Shown here piece by piece: positions 36,148 through 48,030 of a stretch of 64,000 nt of DNA. This DNA is from Octopus sinensis (taxonomy: Eukaryota), in NCBI RefSeq assembly GCF_006345805.1, contig NC_043026.1, forward strand, positions 5,270,001-5,334,000. Reading direction: 5' to 3'. A program made the translations under genes and the position numbers. A model generated the notes under the pieces. The model was not told where the DNA came from. It searched no databases and saw nothing but the letters and a program-made list of their open reading frames with translations. Positions within the stretch are counted from its first letter, which is position 1. Each line of letters opens with the position of its first letter.

Positions 36148-38169
36148 AATGTGCATTTGTACACCACTTTCTGTTTAAGATTATGGAAAAGAAAAAGAAA
36201 AAAACCCAACCAAAGCAGATCGATATCTTCGAATAAAGTGTAAGAAGCTGGCCTTTCATTCCTGTCAATCAGGTTCCCAGACTTGAGTGCAGCAGACATT
36301 GACATTGGCCCCATGAGGGGGCAGCCAGGGAGAATGGATGGGCTACTAGCATACCTGGAACAGGTCTGCTGCTGCACAATCACACACACACATAACACAC
36401 ACACACACACATAAACATACACACACAAACACACACACACACGCTAGGCCCCATTATGGAACTGTTTACATATTTGGGACACTTCTGGTGTCACACACAC
36501 ACACACACACACACACACATCCTAGATCATATTTAAACGTTGCTCACACAGTTGTGTGTGTGTGTGTGTGTGTGAGACAGCAGCCCCACCCCGGGTATGT
36601 GAGCAGTACTGCAATATGGTGTGCAATGCCTCTGTGTTTGTATGACATCAAATTTGTTAATTCTACCGTAATCCCTTAGTCATTCATGACCAAAGGGGCT
36701 CTTTACCCTTCTTTGCCCTATGGAGAGGAGGGGCTGGTATGCATAAAACCATCCTGCCTGGACTTTGTGCCCCAGAGGGTAACTTTCTAGGTGCAATACC
36801 AAAGGGGCTCTTTACCCTTCACCTTTATTAAAGATGGAGAGTGTGTTATTTGGTTTGTTGTTTGTAAAGGACTGCACAAAGTAAGGGAAGCAGTTGTATT
36901 AACCAAAATCACAAGATGCTATTCACTGTTGGATTAGTGAGGGGCAAAAGAAGAGCTGACCCAGCAGAAAGAGAACTCTGGCGGAGGAACTGGAACCCTG
37001 ATTTTATGAGAGGACATGTCAAACCAAGTTAAAGCATGGTTGTCCTTGGATAATTTTCTTTCTCCAGTGTTTCGCTTGACTTGATTCATTTAAACTTATT
37101 CAAATTTCAAAACTTCTTACAACTTATCGTTTTCTAAATTCTGTTTTCTGATTAAGAATAATCAAACTTTAAACCTCTTTAACATTTCTCTAAAATTTTT
37201 CTGGAACAAGTGAAATTCTTTTCTGGTTGGTTTTCACTTTTAAAACATTTTTAAATTGAGTGAAAATGTTTAAATTTGATATACTGATGTAATTTTTCTC
37301 ACTAAACCTGATGTTGTTATTCAGTTGTTCCAGAAAAATTTTAGAAAAATCTAGAAAAGAAATCTTGAATGCAGTGGAGAAGTGAAAACAGCTAAGATCG
37401 ATAAAATACTCTTAGAAAATGAAAACAGAAAACTTTATACCAAGCCACTACAGAGAAATCGTATCATTTAAAAAACAGTTAAGCATACTGTACCATTAAG
37501 CTACGTGAACTATTACATCTGATACTAACTTTAATAATGTTAAATATCTTAAAATGACCAAAATATTTTGATTTGTGTAAACAATCACCTTTTTTTTTGT
37601 CAGTTAAAGATACACCACTTTTTTGATGCTAATATTTTTTGATGATTCATTTGAACACAACTGTTGTATAATTTTCTTCAATATTAGTTGATATATTTTG
37701 ATTCAAAGTCAATCTTGGGTGTTACTTACCATATTTCATTACTTAAAGTCACAACTTTTCTCCTTGCTGATACTTTTTAACAAGGTTTTCACCAAAAGAT
37801 TCTCCTCAATGAACACAGTCTTTTAAACCCAATTAATTTATTCACCCACTGTCATGGGTGAATGATTCTGCTAGAGAGTGGACTTTAGGGTTATAACCTT
37901 TATGTGCTCCTCCACCATTGCCACCACTTTTGTCTGGTCCCTGTTGGGGCTGATACATTGCTAACTCCTATTTTGGTCACCAGTCTTCTCTATAAATAGT
38001 TAAGTCATAAGAGAACCTTGGGATGTGCAAGTAATAGTAGCCAGAGTTTTAGCTTCTGCTTTACTGTTACGAACAGCAATAACTATCCAGTGTCATTTAC
38101 CTCTTGTTATGAAGTCCATTTGTTCCTGCAAGAATTTTTTCAGTTGTGCTGCACTGGGACACTGTTGTT

Positions 38170-38580
38170 TTCTTTCATTTGTGTGAATGTATTTATAACT
38201 CTGAGCACCTTTTCAAACTCCACCTGTCTAACACCCGTGGACATGTTTACAAAGTCAGAAAACAGCACAGCTCCCATGACTTTCGGAAACATTTTTTCAC
38301 GCTAAGAGTTGCTGAAGCATGGAACAAACTGCCGACATCAGTTGTTAGTTGTCGGAGCACTGCATCCTTCAAAACTTCCATGCTTCCTGAGATTCGCCAA
38401 CACTACACCTGATCTTTCTCCCCTCCATACACACGCAAGCATGTATCTGACTCATATACTGTTCGCTTTCCAGACATTTGTACATTACTGCATATGCTTT
38501 GTATGCACTTTTGACAAGTTGTGCTGCACCTGAGCACTGTATACAATAATTTCATTATTTTTTTTATAAATAATGTGTTT
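38170..38580 (+). mobile_element. CR1/L2-group LINE 3' fragment
   Basis: NTRGHVYKVRKQHSSHDFRKHFFTLRVAEAWNKLPTSVV...SFK. Confidence 0.85.
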
Positions 38581-39674
38581 TTTCTTCTTGTTTTATTTAT
38601 TTTCTGGTGCACGTATCACAACGACTGGAAGCTTCATGAATCCTGGGATATAATATCACATTTATATTCTTTTTACTTCTTGCCTTTCTGCTGCATCCGT
38701 GGCAATGCAACACAAGATCAGTAGCATAACCTGACCGGGTCCTCAACAACAGAAAACGACAAAACCGGAGCAGTGAGCATATATGGAAGTGGTGAGGTGT
38801 TGACAATGGTCTCTGGTGGTGCCCAGCATGGAGGGGATGTTGAGTCAAGGTCGAGGGTCAGTGAGGAGGAAGGAAAGAGAAGCAGGTGGTTGATCATAGA
38901 GCGCATAAGCATGAGCAACAGTGTCCCCAGTACGAAATCAGCCAGAAGGGCAGCAACAGATTGCAAGCTTCCATAGCATGCCAACTGATGGAGGTGGTCA
39001 TGGGAATGCATTGGGGGACACAATGATGATATTGTTGGTCTAGATGCAAGGCAGAGGTGTAGTCTTCACAGCTGTGGCAGCGGATGAGGTCATAGCCATG
39101 ACATCAAGGCGAAGGTGAGGAGTCTGAATGTGAAAAATGATGAATGACCAGAGATGCTGTCAGCGGTGCATATGATGGTGAGGAGCAGGCAAGCATGAAT
39201 GAGTGTATGAGCAAGCGTGGTGGCTGCCTGGGTGCAAGGCGGAGTGCAACAATGACAGCGAAGGTGAGGGCACTCATGTGCCGATGTATGAGGTAGTGGC
39301 AGCACACTGAGGACTTGCTGACCTTGTAAGGTCAAGAGGCATGTATCGATTTATCAGAAAAGACGAGGACTGTAAATGTTTGAAATAATCAGCAAATATT
39401 TTGAGAATTGTGAAATGAAAAATTGCACTTAGAAATTTTCCTCACTCACACTTATCAGATTGAGAAATTATGGGTTAATACACATTTACTAATAGCTGTG
39501 AAGATTATATTTACCCTGCATTTCACTGTAGTGTAAATCTTTGTCAAGAAAACATGAGAAACGAAAATGTTGGAAATCAGTCAAACCTTTTGAAAAATTG
39601 TATTTCATTCGGTTATTATCTGAAATAGAATACCCGCATATCGATTAATCCCATTAAATTGAATTAATATTTGT

Positions 39675-39743
<69 letters not shown>

Positions 39744-39849
39744 TACATACATACATGCATATTCTTTCTTTTTGTAGTTTCAGCTCAGAGTTGTGACCAT
39801 GCTGGAGCACTGCCATTTGCTACTCTGTTATTACTGAGAGTCTCCTCTA

Positions 39850-40520
39850 ATATGTGGCACTTGGTGAAGAATGGAGTTTGATGTTGCTTATCCTCATTTG
39901 CACCTCTTGCCGTGAGGTAGGCTCATCTGGGACTCTCGACAGGAAGAGGTCCAGCTTTGATTTTAAAACCTCTACATGCACTTTGTGCAGGCTCCTCAGG
40001 CTCTTTGGGAGAATATTAAAAAGCTGTGGGTCCCTGAAGCCCAGGCTATTGCAGTAGCTGGTCCTGAAGCATGATGGCATTGCTGGGATCTTTGGCACTA
40101 CGTAGTGTCGGCTTCTTCTGGCATGGTGTAGCTTACAATGCCAAAATTTGGCACAATTCCTTCCAGGATCTTCCAGATATATATTACTGCATACTTCTCC
40201 CGTCTTCTCTCCAGGGAGTAGAGTCTTAGCTGTCCCAACCTTTCCCAGTTGCTGAGCTGTTGCAAAGAGATGATCCTCTTTGTGAATCTTCTCTGGATTG
40301 CTTCAAGACCCGCTGTTAATTTCACACTGGTGGGTAACCATAGCTGTGAGCAGTAATCCAGGCGGCTGAGGACGAATGTCCGCCAGAGGACCATCATGGT
40401 TTCCTTATCTCTGGTTCTGAATGTTCTTAGGATCCATCCAGCCAGTCGTCTGCACTTTGTCGCCATCCTGGTAATGTGCACTTGGAAAGAGGTATCCTCA
40501 CTCATGTCGATACCCAGGGT
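39850..40520 (-). mobile_element. CR1-group LINE ORF2 C-terminal fragment (frameshifted)
   Basis: LGIDMS..GWILRTFRTRD..LWRTFVLSRLDYCSQLW..LEAIQRRFTKRI..LYSLERRRE, then QLFNILPKSLR..KSKLDLFLSRVPDEP. Confidence 0.9.
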
Positions 40521-41289
40521 GCTAGAAACAACAGCCAAATCTCCCTTAAATCACACACATTTTCCCTCGACCTCTTACAAAACATTTTGCCAACAAATTT
40601 CTTTTTAATCGTAATCTACATCGTTTGAAAGTTATTTCTATAAAATTTCATTCAAAAATACCCATTTCCTGAAATTTATGAGGAGGGAAAATGTCTGGTT
40701 GTGTGAATTTTGCGAAACTCCTTTCAGCAACCCTTCAGAAAATGTTTTTCCAACAAATCCTTACAAAAACTCAATCTATAGGATCTAAGCGATTATTTGT
40801 TGAAAGTTTCCTTCAAAAAATATCTATTTTTCTGCAAGTTACGAGGAAACAAAGTCGGTGGGGGTATATATCTGTAGTTATGCCGAATTTGCTTCCTCAC
40901 AACTTTCACAAAATTAAATATTTTTTAATGAAATTTTCTACAAATATTCTTCAGATGGTTTAGATTCCGATTAAATCGGAATTCATTGTGAAAATCGTTT
41001 GTCCCTGGGTGGGAAAAGCAGTTTCAGAAAATTCACAAGATTCGCCTTTGTTATGAAAGACAAAAAAGTTTTCCCAATAAATCCCCATAGAATCGGAATC
41101 TACACCATCTGAAGCATATTTGTAGGAAATTCCATGAAAAATATCCATTTCTCTGCAAGTTATTAGAGAAGAAGCATATACATCATAAAGGAACCTTTAT
41201 ACACATGTATATTTATATATATCTACATATACACACATGTCTTTGCTATGTTTTTTAAACACATAAAACTCATAGATGCATACTTTTAT

Positions 41290-41670
41290 AATATTTTACA
41301 CTTAAACCGCCACAGGACAATATTTTTAGAGTTGCTTCTTAAAGTGTCCTTCACGTTTTTTATGAAAAACGATACAAATTTCAGAGTATTTGGCTGTTAT
41401 TTCTAGCATGATGTTAGGCCATCTATAGGACAATATTTGACATGGATGCTTTGCAAATTGTCCTTCGATTTTTATTTGTGATGAAACAAAAATGTGAAGG
41501 TTTAGGTGGCTCTTTCTAGCATGAAATGAGACCATATACAGGTCAATTTTATTTATGAATGCTTCTTATCTGTCCTTCAAATTTTATATGAAAAATAAAG
41601 TGGTTTCTATTTCTAGCGTGAAAAATGACCAGCTATGGGAAAGCTTTTACTGAATGCTTCTTAAAATGTC
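41290..41670 (+). repeat. Diverged ~115-120-bp minisatellite, about 3.5 units
   Basis: TTTCTAGC.TGA at ~41400, ~41513 and ~41610, each followed by GCTT..AA.TGTCCTTC. Confidence 0.65.
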
Positions 41671-41692
41671 CTTCTCTTTTTTTATGAATCCC

Positions 41693-41860
41693 CAACAGCA
41701 ACAACAACAACAACAACCCTACGAGGACGAAAGGCAATGTTTTTGCGTGTGTGCAGTTGGAATGTCACTGCAACAACAACAACAACAACCCTACGAGGAC
41801 GAAAGGCAATGTTTGTGTGTGTGTGCAGTTGGAATGTCACTGCAACAACAACAACAACAA
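41693..41860 (+). repeat. ~75-bp tandem duplication anchored on (CAA)n
   Basis: CCCTACGAGGACGAAAGGCAATGTTT...GCAGTTGGAATGTCACTG occurs twice. Confidence 0.9.
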
Positions 41861-42131
41861 TCTATTCTTATTAAACGTTAAAAACTATCAGATGCAGACT
41901 GCACACACGCACACACAACGCTGATGACGACGATGATGGTGGTGGTGATGTTGATGATGATGATGGTGATGACGATGGTGATGATGACGATGATGATGGA
42001 GGCGGAGGTGGTGGTTGTCGTCTGCTGTTGTTGTTGTTGTTGTTGGTCGTCTGCCTTTTAATGGAGAATCAATGATTATGAAAGTCTCTGGTTTCGGACC
42101 AGACATTCCTATACATACATGCATGCATATA

Positions 42132-42185
<54 letters not shown>

Positions 42186-42324
42186 AACATATATACTTAT
42201 AGCCTTATTTGTATACATACATTCCTAAATATGTGTGTATATATATATAAACACATGTACACATACTGTATATAAATATACACACACACACAAAGAGAGA
42301 GTCTTGAGGAATGTTACAACAATA

Positions 42325-42382
42325 AGTGTTAGTGTGTAGAATGTAATGTATGCGATGCAGGTTCGATTCCCGGGCGAAGCCA
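42325..42382 (+). other. Degenerate tRNA-like sequence (tRNA pseudogene or SINE head) just downstream of the large gene, antisense to it
   Basis: AGTGTGTAGAAT (A-box-like) and GGTTCGATTCCCGG..GCCA (perfect B-box); no foldable anticodon arm. Confidence 0.45.
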
Positions 42383-42438
42383 TTTACAACAACAACAATA
42401 ATAAGAAGAAGATTGAAGTTTAATATTTCTGGAAATAT

Positions 42439-45400
42439 TTATTTGTCAAAATAAAAGAAAGCAAAAGATTGACGTCCAGGAATAATTCCAAAAACCATCA
42501 AAGAATTGTCTGAAACATCCAAACCAAGAACTGCAAAGACTTCATTATCATCCCGTCTGAGGAGTAAATATTTTGGATTATCTTTTAATCCCAGGATTTC
42601 ATCATCTTCAGATGTTTCCTCTTCAATATGTCCAGGTATTTCGTAAATATTGTTTATTAAATCTGTTATATAAACACATTCACCAATTATGGTCAGACGA
42701 AGTCTTGCAATATAATATCTCAGACCATAAAATATTTCTCCTTCTATTCTTATCCTCCTCACCAAAGACTTTTCCCTGAACCATTCCACGAAACAAAAAA
42801 CTTCCCATCTTCTAAACACCTCCTCCCCTATCTCCCTCCTCAAAACTAAAACATCACCAAAAGATGTGACTCCCACATCATCCACACCTTCATCTCCCTC
42901 CAACCTTCCTGATCTCCCCATCTTCCCATGACACACTTCATCTTTACATTTCCCATCTTTGATATCAACCACATCCACATAATAACGGTCAAAGATGTCA
43001 GGGTCATCGCAATAATAGTAATCCTTGTTGTTTCTCCATTCTTTTTTGTATTTCTTGTGTCTCTCTTCTTGAGTTATGTCTCTAATATAATGACCACCAC
43101 ACACGAGTTGATTGTCGTTGTATTTATAAATCCTGTTGTAGTATTTCTCAGTTCTGATGGTTTTTAAACAACGGAGATCCCTGTTGAAGACCCTCATTTC
43201 TCTCCCAAAGGCGAGAATGAAACATTCCTCTGTCCACCGACATATGTCCAGTGCTGGTCGTTGTTGTTGTTCATGTTGAAGTATGTCAACTGTTGTTGTT
43301 GTTGTTCTGATTAATGTGACACTTTCTCGAAACATCAACACACTCACATTCTCATCTAACTTAATTAGTTTACTGTTCACGTCCCTAATGTCCATCAAAT
43401 CATAATCAACAGGTTCCTCGAATGCAGGAATGGAAAAAGGGACCATTGCTGTCCTATATGGAAGTCCCCTCACTGATATTTCATCAATTCCTGAATTATT
43501 AATCTCCGCTATGTAATTACCACATCTCACCTTTAATCTACCTTTACCAATTATTTCACCTGATTTACCTCTTCTTCTTCCTCCTCCATCTCCATCTCCT
43601 CCTCTGTATTCCAATTTATTAAGTAATTCATTACTGAATATTTCCTTGTTCGTTTCAGATGTAATGGAAGGGAAATGAAGACCAGAATCAAGATTTAATA
43701 ACGGCACAGATTCCAGAATGTTCACTTGGTTCCCATCAATCTTTATGCAATGACATTCAATCAATTCATTATGTACACACCAGTAAATACCTGCCACTTT
43801 TCTCCATATTACACCATAAGGGATGAGACTCGACCAAACTTGAGATGTCTGCAAATCTTCTCCATTCAGTTGAAATATTTCTTTCCTTTTAGGAACCGTG
43901 GCCATTATGTGTGATTCTTGTGTAAAACACACACCACCAACTAAACTTGCAACATTTCTGTGACATAGCAACTGGCCGTCTTCATCGAATATTTTAATAT
44001 TTCCATTATTGGCTTTTTCACACACAACTGTCTTTCCTTCCTCAGAGACATCAAAATCTTTTACTTGAACAGGACATTCGTCTGTTTGTAAACGAGCAAC
44101 CGGGAAGCTGTCTCGATTCACCATAAACAACCCTTCAACATACAATTCATTCCTTTCTCCCCTCCTGGGGTTTCCAACAAACCTTGGTCCTTTACAGTCT
44201 ATACTGGAGAAAAGTACTGTATGTTTATAAATTCTTTTATTTAAAAATATCCTCTTGTATTCCCCATTCTGGGTCAAACACAAAATATTTTTATATTCAT
44301 GTAAACCTGAATATTTCTCCCACTGACCATAAATGTACAAAAAACTGTCATCAATTGTCATCCTGTCATCATTATCAAAATAATACTTCATGAAGTGTTT
44401 GACTGAATGTAAATATTGACCACCACTGTTGAAGAAAATGATGAATCTCCTGTTTAAGACAATGATGACATCTTCATCAGTAACTTTAATATCCCGGATT
44501 GTATCAGAATTATATCCACATTCTATTCTCCATATTAATGGTTCAGGTATGTCTATTTTTTTTATTTTCCACACACTCGAATGTATTTCATCAAGATCAA
44601 CAAAATGCAAATGTCTTACATCTCTCCATTTACTAAAAACCAGTTGATTGTTTGATAAAGAAGCCACACATTCATAATTCTTTCTCATTTGGTAAATTAC
44701 CAACGACAGTGGAAATTCCACTTTTAATGTCAACAGTTGGGGTTTATCATCATCATAAGGATCCCAATTCGTAATGACCAGTGTGTTTGACTGCCATCGA
44801 CACATTTTAATATCACTATAAACATTCACTTTGATTGAATCCATAAGGTGACCATCCAATGTGAATATCTTAATGTTTCCATTGTTCTTGTCCCATCCTG
44901 CAATCAGATTATTTTCAGTAAGAACCAAACGATTAATCTCCGCTGGTCCTTTGTCTCCCAAATGTTTTGGGAGAAGAATATGTCTACCTTTATCAGAAGC
45001 TGTCAGGTCCTGTAGATATAAAGTGGAAGACAACATTTCACTGATGGAAATGTTTCTGGAAAATACATCCACCAGGTCGATATAATAATTAAGTTGATTA
45101 TTAGTAACGAGATCATTAACCAACAAATTCTGATCATTTATGGCAAACATACGGCTTCTGTCTATCAGATAAACAGATGTTGGGTCAATAGTTCCACCTT
45201 GGAGACTGAGGGGACGTTTCACTTGGGACATTAAAACACTGGGGACCATCTTAATTCTACTAACATAACCATATCTAGTTTTACCACCACGAAGACGATG
45301 ACGACGATGACCACCACCACCTATTCTAGTGTTGTACTGAAAAGCTTTTCCCCTAGTAACGATTAATAGCTTTTCTGTTTTCTTGTCTATTGATAATGAT

Positions 45401-47886
45401 TTCACAAACACAGGGATATTAATTGTCTTAATTACTTCAACTTGATTATAATAATTGATGGCTAAAATGTCTAAATGTGATGGTTTATCACAATAACAAA
45501 CAATTTCACATTCACCCATCTTACACACCCGTACATAAGGCTGCCTTAATGATACACTTCTCACTCTCTTTGATAGGTTTCCAATGACCCTTAATTGTTT
45601 CTGTAGGGGTAATGTGACCCCTATATGATTAGAATCCCATCGACATATATCTGTGGCTGTAGACGGCAGAGATAATCTGGACACAATGTCTCCTTCCTCA
45701 GAAATGTACAACAAGCTATCATGCTTGATGTCGGACACCATCAACTGTCCATTGGACAGATTACATATTTCGCCAATGACAAGTTTTTGGTCATTCTCCT
45801 TTTCTTTGAGTCGTAGATTTAGATTTCTGATGTAAGGATTTTTCGTGGGTAAAAGACAGCCAGACGACCGATCATGATTCTTGTAAAGAAGAACCCTGTT
45901 GAGTTGAGTTGCCGGGACATAAAGAGTTCCTTGGAAAACAGCAATGTGAGGGTGAACAGGGAAAGGCAGTTCCCACTGCCATTTCATTTCTCCATATAGA
46001 TCGTAACATCTCAGAATAGAGTGTCTCCTGAAGAGGACATAGAAATAAACATTATCAGAGTAGATGTGATGAGGGTGGCCATAGAATGGAAGGTATTTTT
46101 GAAAAAGTTCTTCACCACATGTGGAATAAAATACCATTTTATTTTCGTTTCCATCTACGACTACAAAATTAATTGGAGTTGCAGCAATGCTGACATTATG
46201 ATGTTCCAGAGAAATTCTTTCTGCAATGTCAACTTTATCTTTGTGGATCAAGAGGATTTGGACCTCGATTTTGTTTTCAGTGGTGGTCACAGCTAGACAC
46301 TTATTTGATACAACATGACATAGTTTAATGTAATCAGTGTGGACTTTCATTAAAGGGCCTTTCATTAGCCCAGGGCATGTGATACACTGAAATTCTTTGT
46401 TTTCATGGTAAGACACCAGAAATCCTTTAGAATTCATTCTACAAAAGCAAGAAGGAATCTCAGGGAAAGTTGAATTATTTTGGTTAATTATTTCTCCAGT
46501 CTCAGTGATTAATATAGCTTTATTATTCCTGTAGAATATTAATATAGAAGATGTAGACATAGGTAGAATATTAGTAATGTTGTAGCAATCCTCAATATGA
46601 ATATAGTTGTTCAATGTTGGGGTCCATAGCTGGGGGTTATATGATTGCCTGGGCCAAAAGTCTTCATTTGTTCCAATGATATGAAGGACATCAAAATAAT
46701 CAGTTACAAAAATGTTTTCTTTGCCAACAGAAATATGGTGGCATTTCATGCCAATTTCTCTTGTTGTCACAGCACCTGTACCTGATATCCGATAAATAAT
46801 ATGTCCCTGGAGGACATAAAAATGGTTTTGGTACACAGTGATGTGGCTTGGAATGTCCAGGGAATTGGTATCCACCTCAAATAACTGCTGACCATCCACA
46901 TTGTAACAGGTAACCCTGTTAATATTGGAAAAGGATACTAAGAGTTTGTTTTGTGCTCCTACAGCAATATCTGAAGGGGTTTCTTTCGTTATGAATTCAT
47001 ATTTTATTCTATTCTCTTCCCAGTCAATGACGTATATGGTCCGACCAAACATTTCTACACCTATAAGCGTAGAATGTTCCAAATAAGAAACCAAGATTAA
47101 TCCTAGCTGAATTCTTTTGATTCTCGAACTTAAAGGGTTGATAATAAGAATCATTTTTCTGAAGGGCAGGGTGGCGAGGACTGTGTCTTCACTGATTCTG
47201 GTAAAATCCGTGACAGAAGATGAGCAACGAACATCATTTCTGTTGCCGTCTCTTGTTATACAACATATTGTCATACAGTGGCGGGAATATGTTACAATAC
47301 CCCCTTGCATGACAACAATATTGGATATTGGGTTGCTTAAGTCTTCACCAGATTCCTCAATCTCTACTTCTCTGGTCACAACTGGCCGAAGAGGACGAAA
47401 TTTTGTGGTTACTTTTGGTGGTTCAATGGTCTTGTGGTTGTATGGGTTACAGGTGACATAAATGTCAAAGAGTCTTTGTTGAAACCAATCAAGGTTTTGG
47501 TGAACAAAATCATTATTTTGTTTTGCAAATTCCAGAAATCTTGGCATTTTACGTTTGATATTACGTAAAATTCGAGATCCATTTAAACCCAGAGAGTCCA
47601 TGCGCTTACAATCATCCTTTACATAATCTATAAACGTATTGATGTGGTCTGTTTTGATTAGTGTTCGGTAACATGTCACAATATGAAGGAAACTTGGTAA
47701 CATGGACTTTTCCTGTTCTTCAGATTTCTTTCTGTCTTTTCTTTCCTGTTCTTCTGTTTTCTTTGTGTTTTGTGTATGTAATATTTGGGTAAGATTTGGT
47801 GTAGTTTCCTTATAAATTGCTGTTGTATCACAGACTGTGGTGGGAATGAGAGCCAACATTTTGTTTTCTTCATTAATCTTCTCCAT
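42439..47886 (-). CDS. Uncharacterised 1815-aa protein with six tandem NHL-like beta-propeller modules and a ~90-aa helical N-terminal domain; single coding exon
   Basis: 5.4-kb uninterrupted ORF in repeat-riddled DNA; AAAATGG start context with an in-frame upstream stop; NHL-like blades (PSDIAVGAQNKLLVS, PSHITVYQNHFYV, PHIAVFQGTLYVP); ATTAAA ~15 nt after the stop. Confidence 0.85.
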   Translation of the reverse strand: MEKINEENKMLALIPTTVCDTTAIYKETTPNLTQILHTQNTKKTEEQERKDRKKSEEQEKSMLPSFLHIVTCYRTLIKTDHINTFIDYVKDDCKRMDSLGLNGSRILRNIKRKMPRFLEFAKQNNDFVHQNLDWFQQRLFDIYVTCNPYNHKTIEPPKVTTKFRPLRPVVTREVEIEESGEDLSNPISNIVVMQGGIVTYSRHCMTICCITRDGNRNDVRCSSSVTDFTRISEDTVLATLPFRKMILIINPLSSRIKRIQLGLILVSYLEHSTLIGVEMFGRTIYVIDWEENRIKYEFITKETPSDIAVGAQNKLLVSFSNINRVTCYNVDGQQLFEVDTNSLDIPSHITVYQNHFYVLQGHIIYRISGTGAVTTREIGMKCHHISVGKENIFVTDYFDVLHIIGTNEDFWPRQSYNPQLWTPTLNNYIHIEDCYNITNILPMSTSSILIFYRNNKAILITETGEIINQNNSTFPEIPSCFCRMNSKGFLVSYHENKEFQCITCPGLMKGPLMKVHTDYIKLCHVVSNKCLAVTTTENKIEVQILLIHKDKVDIAERISLEHHNVSIAATPINFVVVDGNENKMVFYSTCGEELFQKYLPFYGHPHHIYSDNVYFYVLFRRHSILRCYDLYGEMKWQWELPFPVHPHIAVFQGTLYVPATQLNRVLLYKNHDRSSGCLLPTKNPYIRNLNLRLKEKENDQKLVIGEICNLSNGQLMVSDIKHDSLLYISEEGDIVSRLSLPSTATDICRWDSNHIGVTLPLQKQLRVIGNLSKRVRSVSLRQPYVRVCKMGECEIVCYCDKPSHLDILAINYYNQVEVIKTINIPVFVKSLSIDKKTEKLLIVTRGKAFQYNTRIGGGGHRRHRLRGGKTRYGYVSRIKMVPSVLMSQVKRPLSLQGGTIDPTSVYLIDRSRMFAINDQNLLVNDLVTNNQLNYYIDLVDVFSRNISISEMLSSTLYLQDLTASDKGRHILLPKHLGDKGPAEINRLVLTENNLIAGWDKNNGNIKIFTLDGHLMDSIKVNVYSDIKMCRWQSNTLVITNWDPYDDDKPQLLTLKVEFPLSLVIYQMRKNYECVASLSNNQLVFSKWRDVRHLHFVDLDEIHSSVWKIKKIDIPEPLIWRIECGYNSDTIRDIKVTDEDVIIVLNRRFIIFFNSGGQYLHSVKHFMKYYFDNDDRMTIDDSFLYIYGQWEKYSGLHEYKNILCLTQNGEYKRIFLNKRIYKHTVLFSSIDCKGPRFVGNPRRGERNELYVEGLFMVNRDSFPVARLQTDECPVQVKDFDVSEEGKTVVCEKANNGNIKIFDEDGQLLCHRNVASLVGGVCFTQESHIMATVPKRKEIFQLNGEDLQTSQVWSSLIPYGVIWRKVAGIYWCVHNELIECHCIKIDGNQVNILESVPLLNLDSGLHFPSITSETNKEIFSNELLNKLEYRGGDGDGGGRRRGKSGEIIGKGRLKVRCGNYIAEINNSGIDEISVRGLPYRTAMVPFSIPAFEEPVDYDLMDIRDVNSKLIKLDENVSVLMFRESVTLIRTTTTTVDILQHEQQQRPALDICRWTEECFILAFGREMRVFNRDLRCLKTIRTEKYYNRIYKYNDNQLVCGGHYIRDITQEERHKKYKKEWRNNKDYYYCDDPDIFDRYYVDVVDIKDGKCKDEVCHGKMGRSGRLEGDEGVDDVGVTSFGDVLVLRREIGEEVFRRWEVFCFVEWFREKSLVRRIRIEGEIFYGLRYYIARLRLTIIGECVYITDLINNIYEIPGHIEEETSEDDEILGLKDNPKYLLLRRDDNEVFAVLGLDVSDNSLMVFGIIPGRQSFAFFYFDK

Positions 47887-48003
47887 TTTATGAATATAGA
47901 ATTATTATCTTTTTCTGTTAAATATATTCTTTTCTGTGGATTTTGTTTTCTTCCTTTGGAATACAATTTATCTCTTCAAAATTCACTAATTTTTACATGA
48001 AAG

Positions 48004-48030
48004 CTGAAATAAAATGAAAGCTTTATTAGT
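48004..48030 (-). promoter_or_regulatory. 3' splice acceptor of the coding exon
   Basis: The minus strand reads ACTAATAAAGCTTTCATTTTATTTCAG|CTTTC: branch-like CTAAT, a pyrimidine tract and CAG, 117 nt before the ATG. Confidence 0.65.

Noticed and set aside
41713-41735. GAGGACGAAAG resembling a hammerhead 3' half
   Set aside because: No 5' core and no helices I or III.
42573-48000. Short plus-strand ORFs inside the 1815-aa gene
   Set aside because: They are antisense frames of the real CDS.
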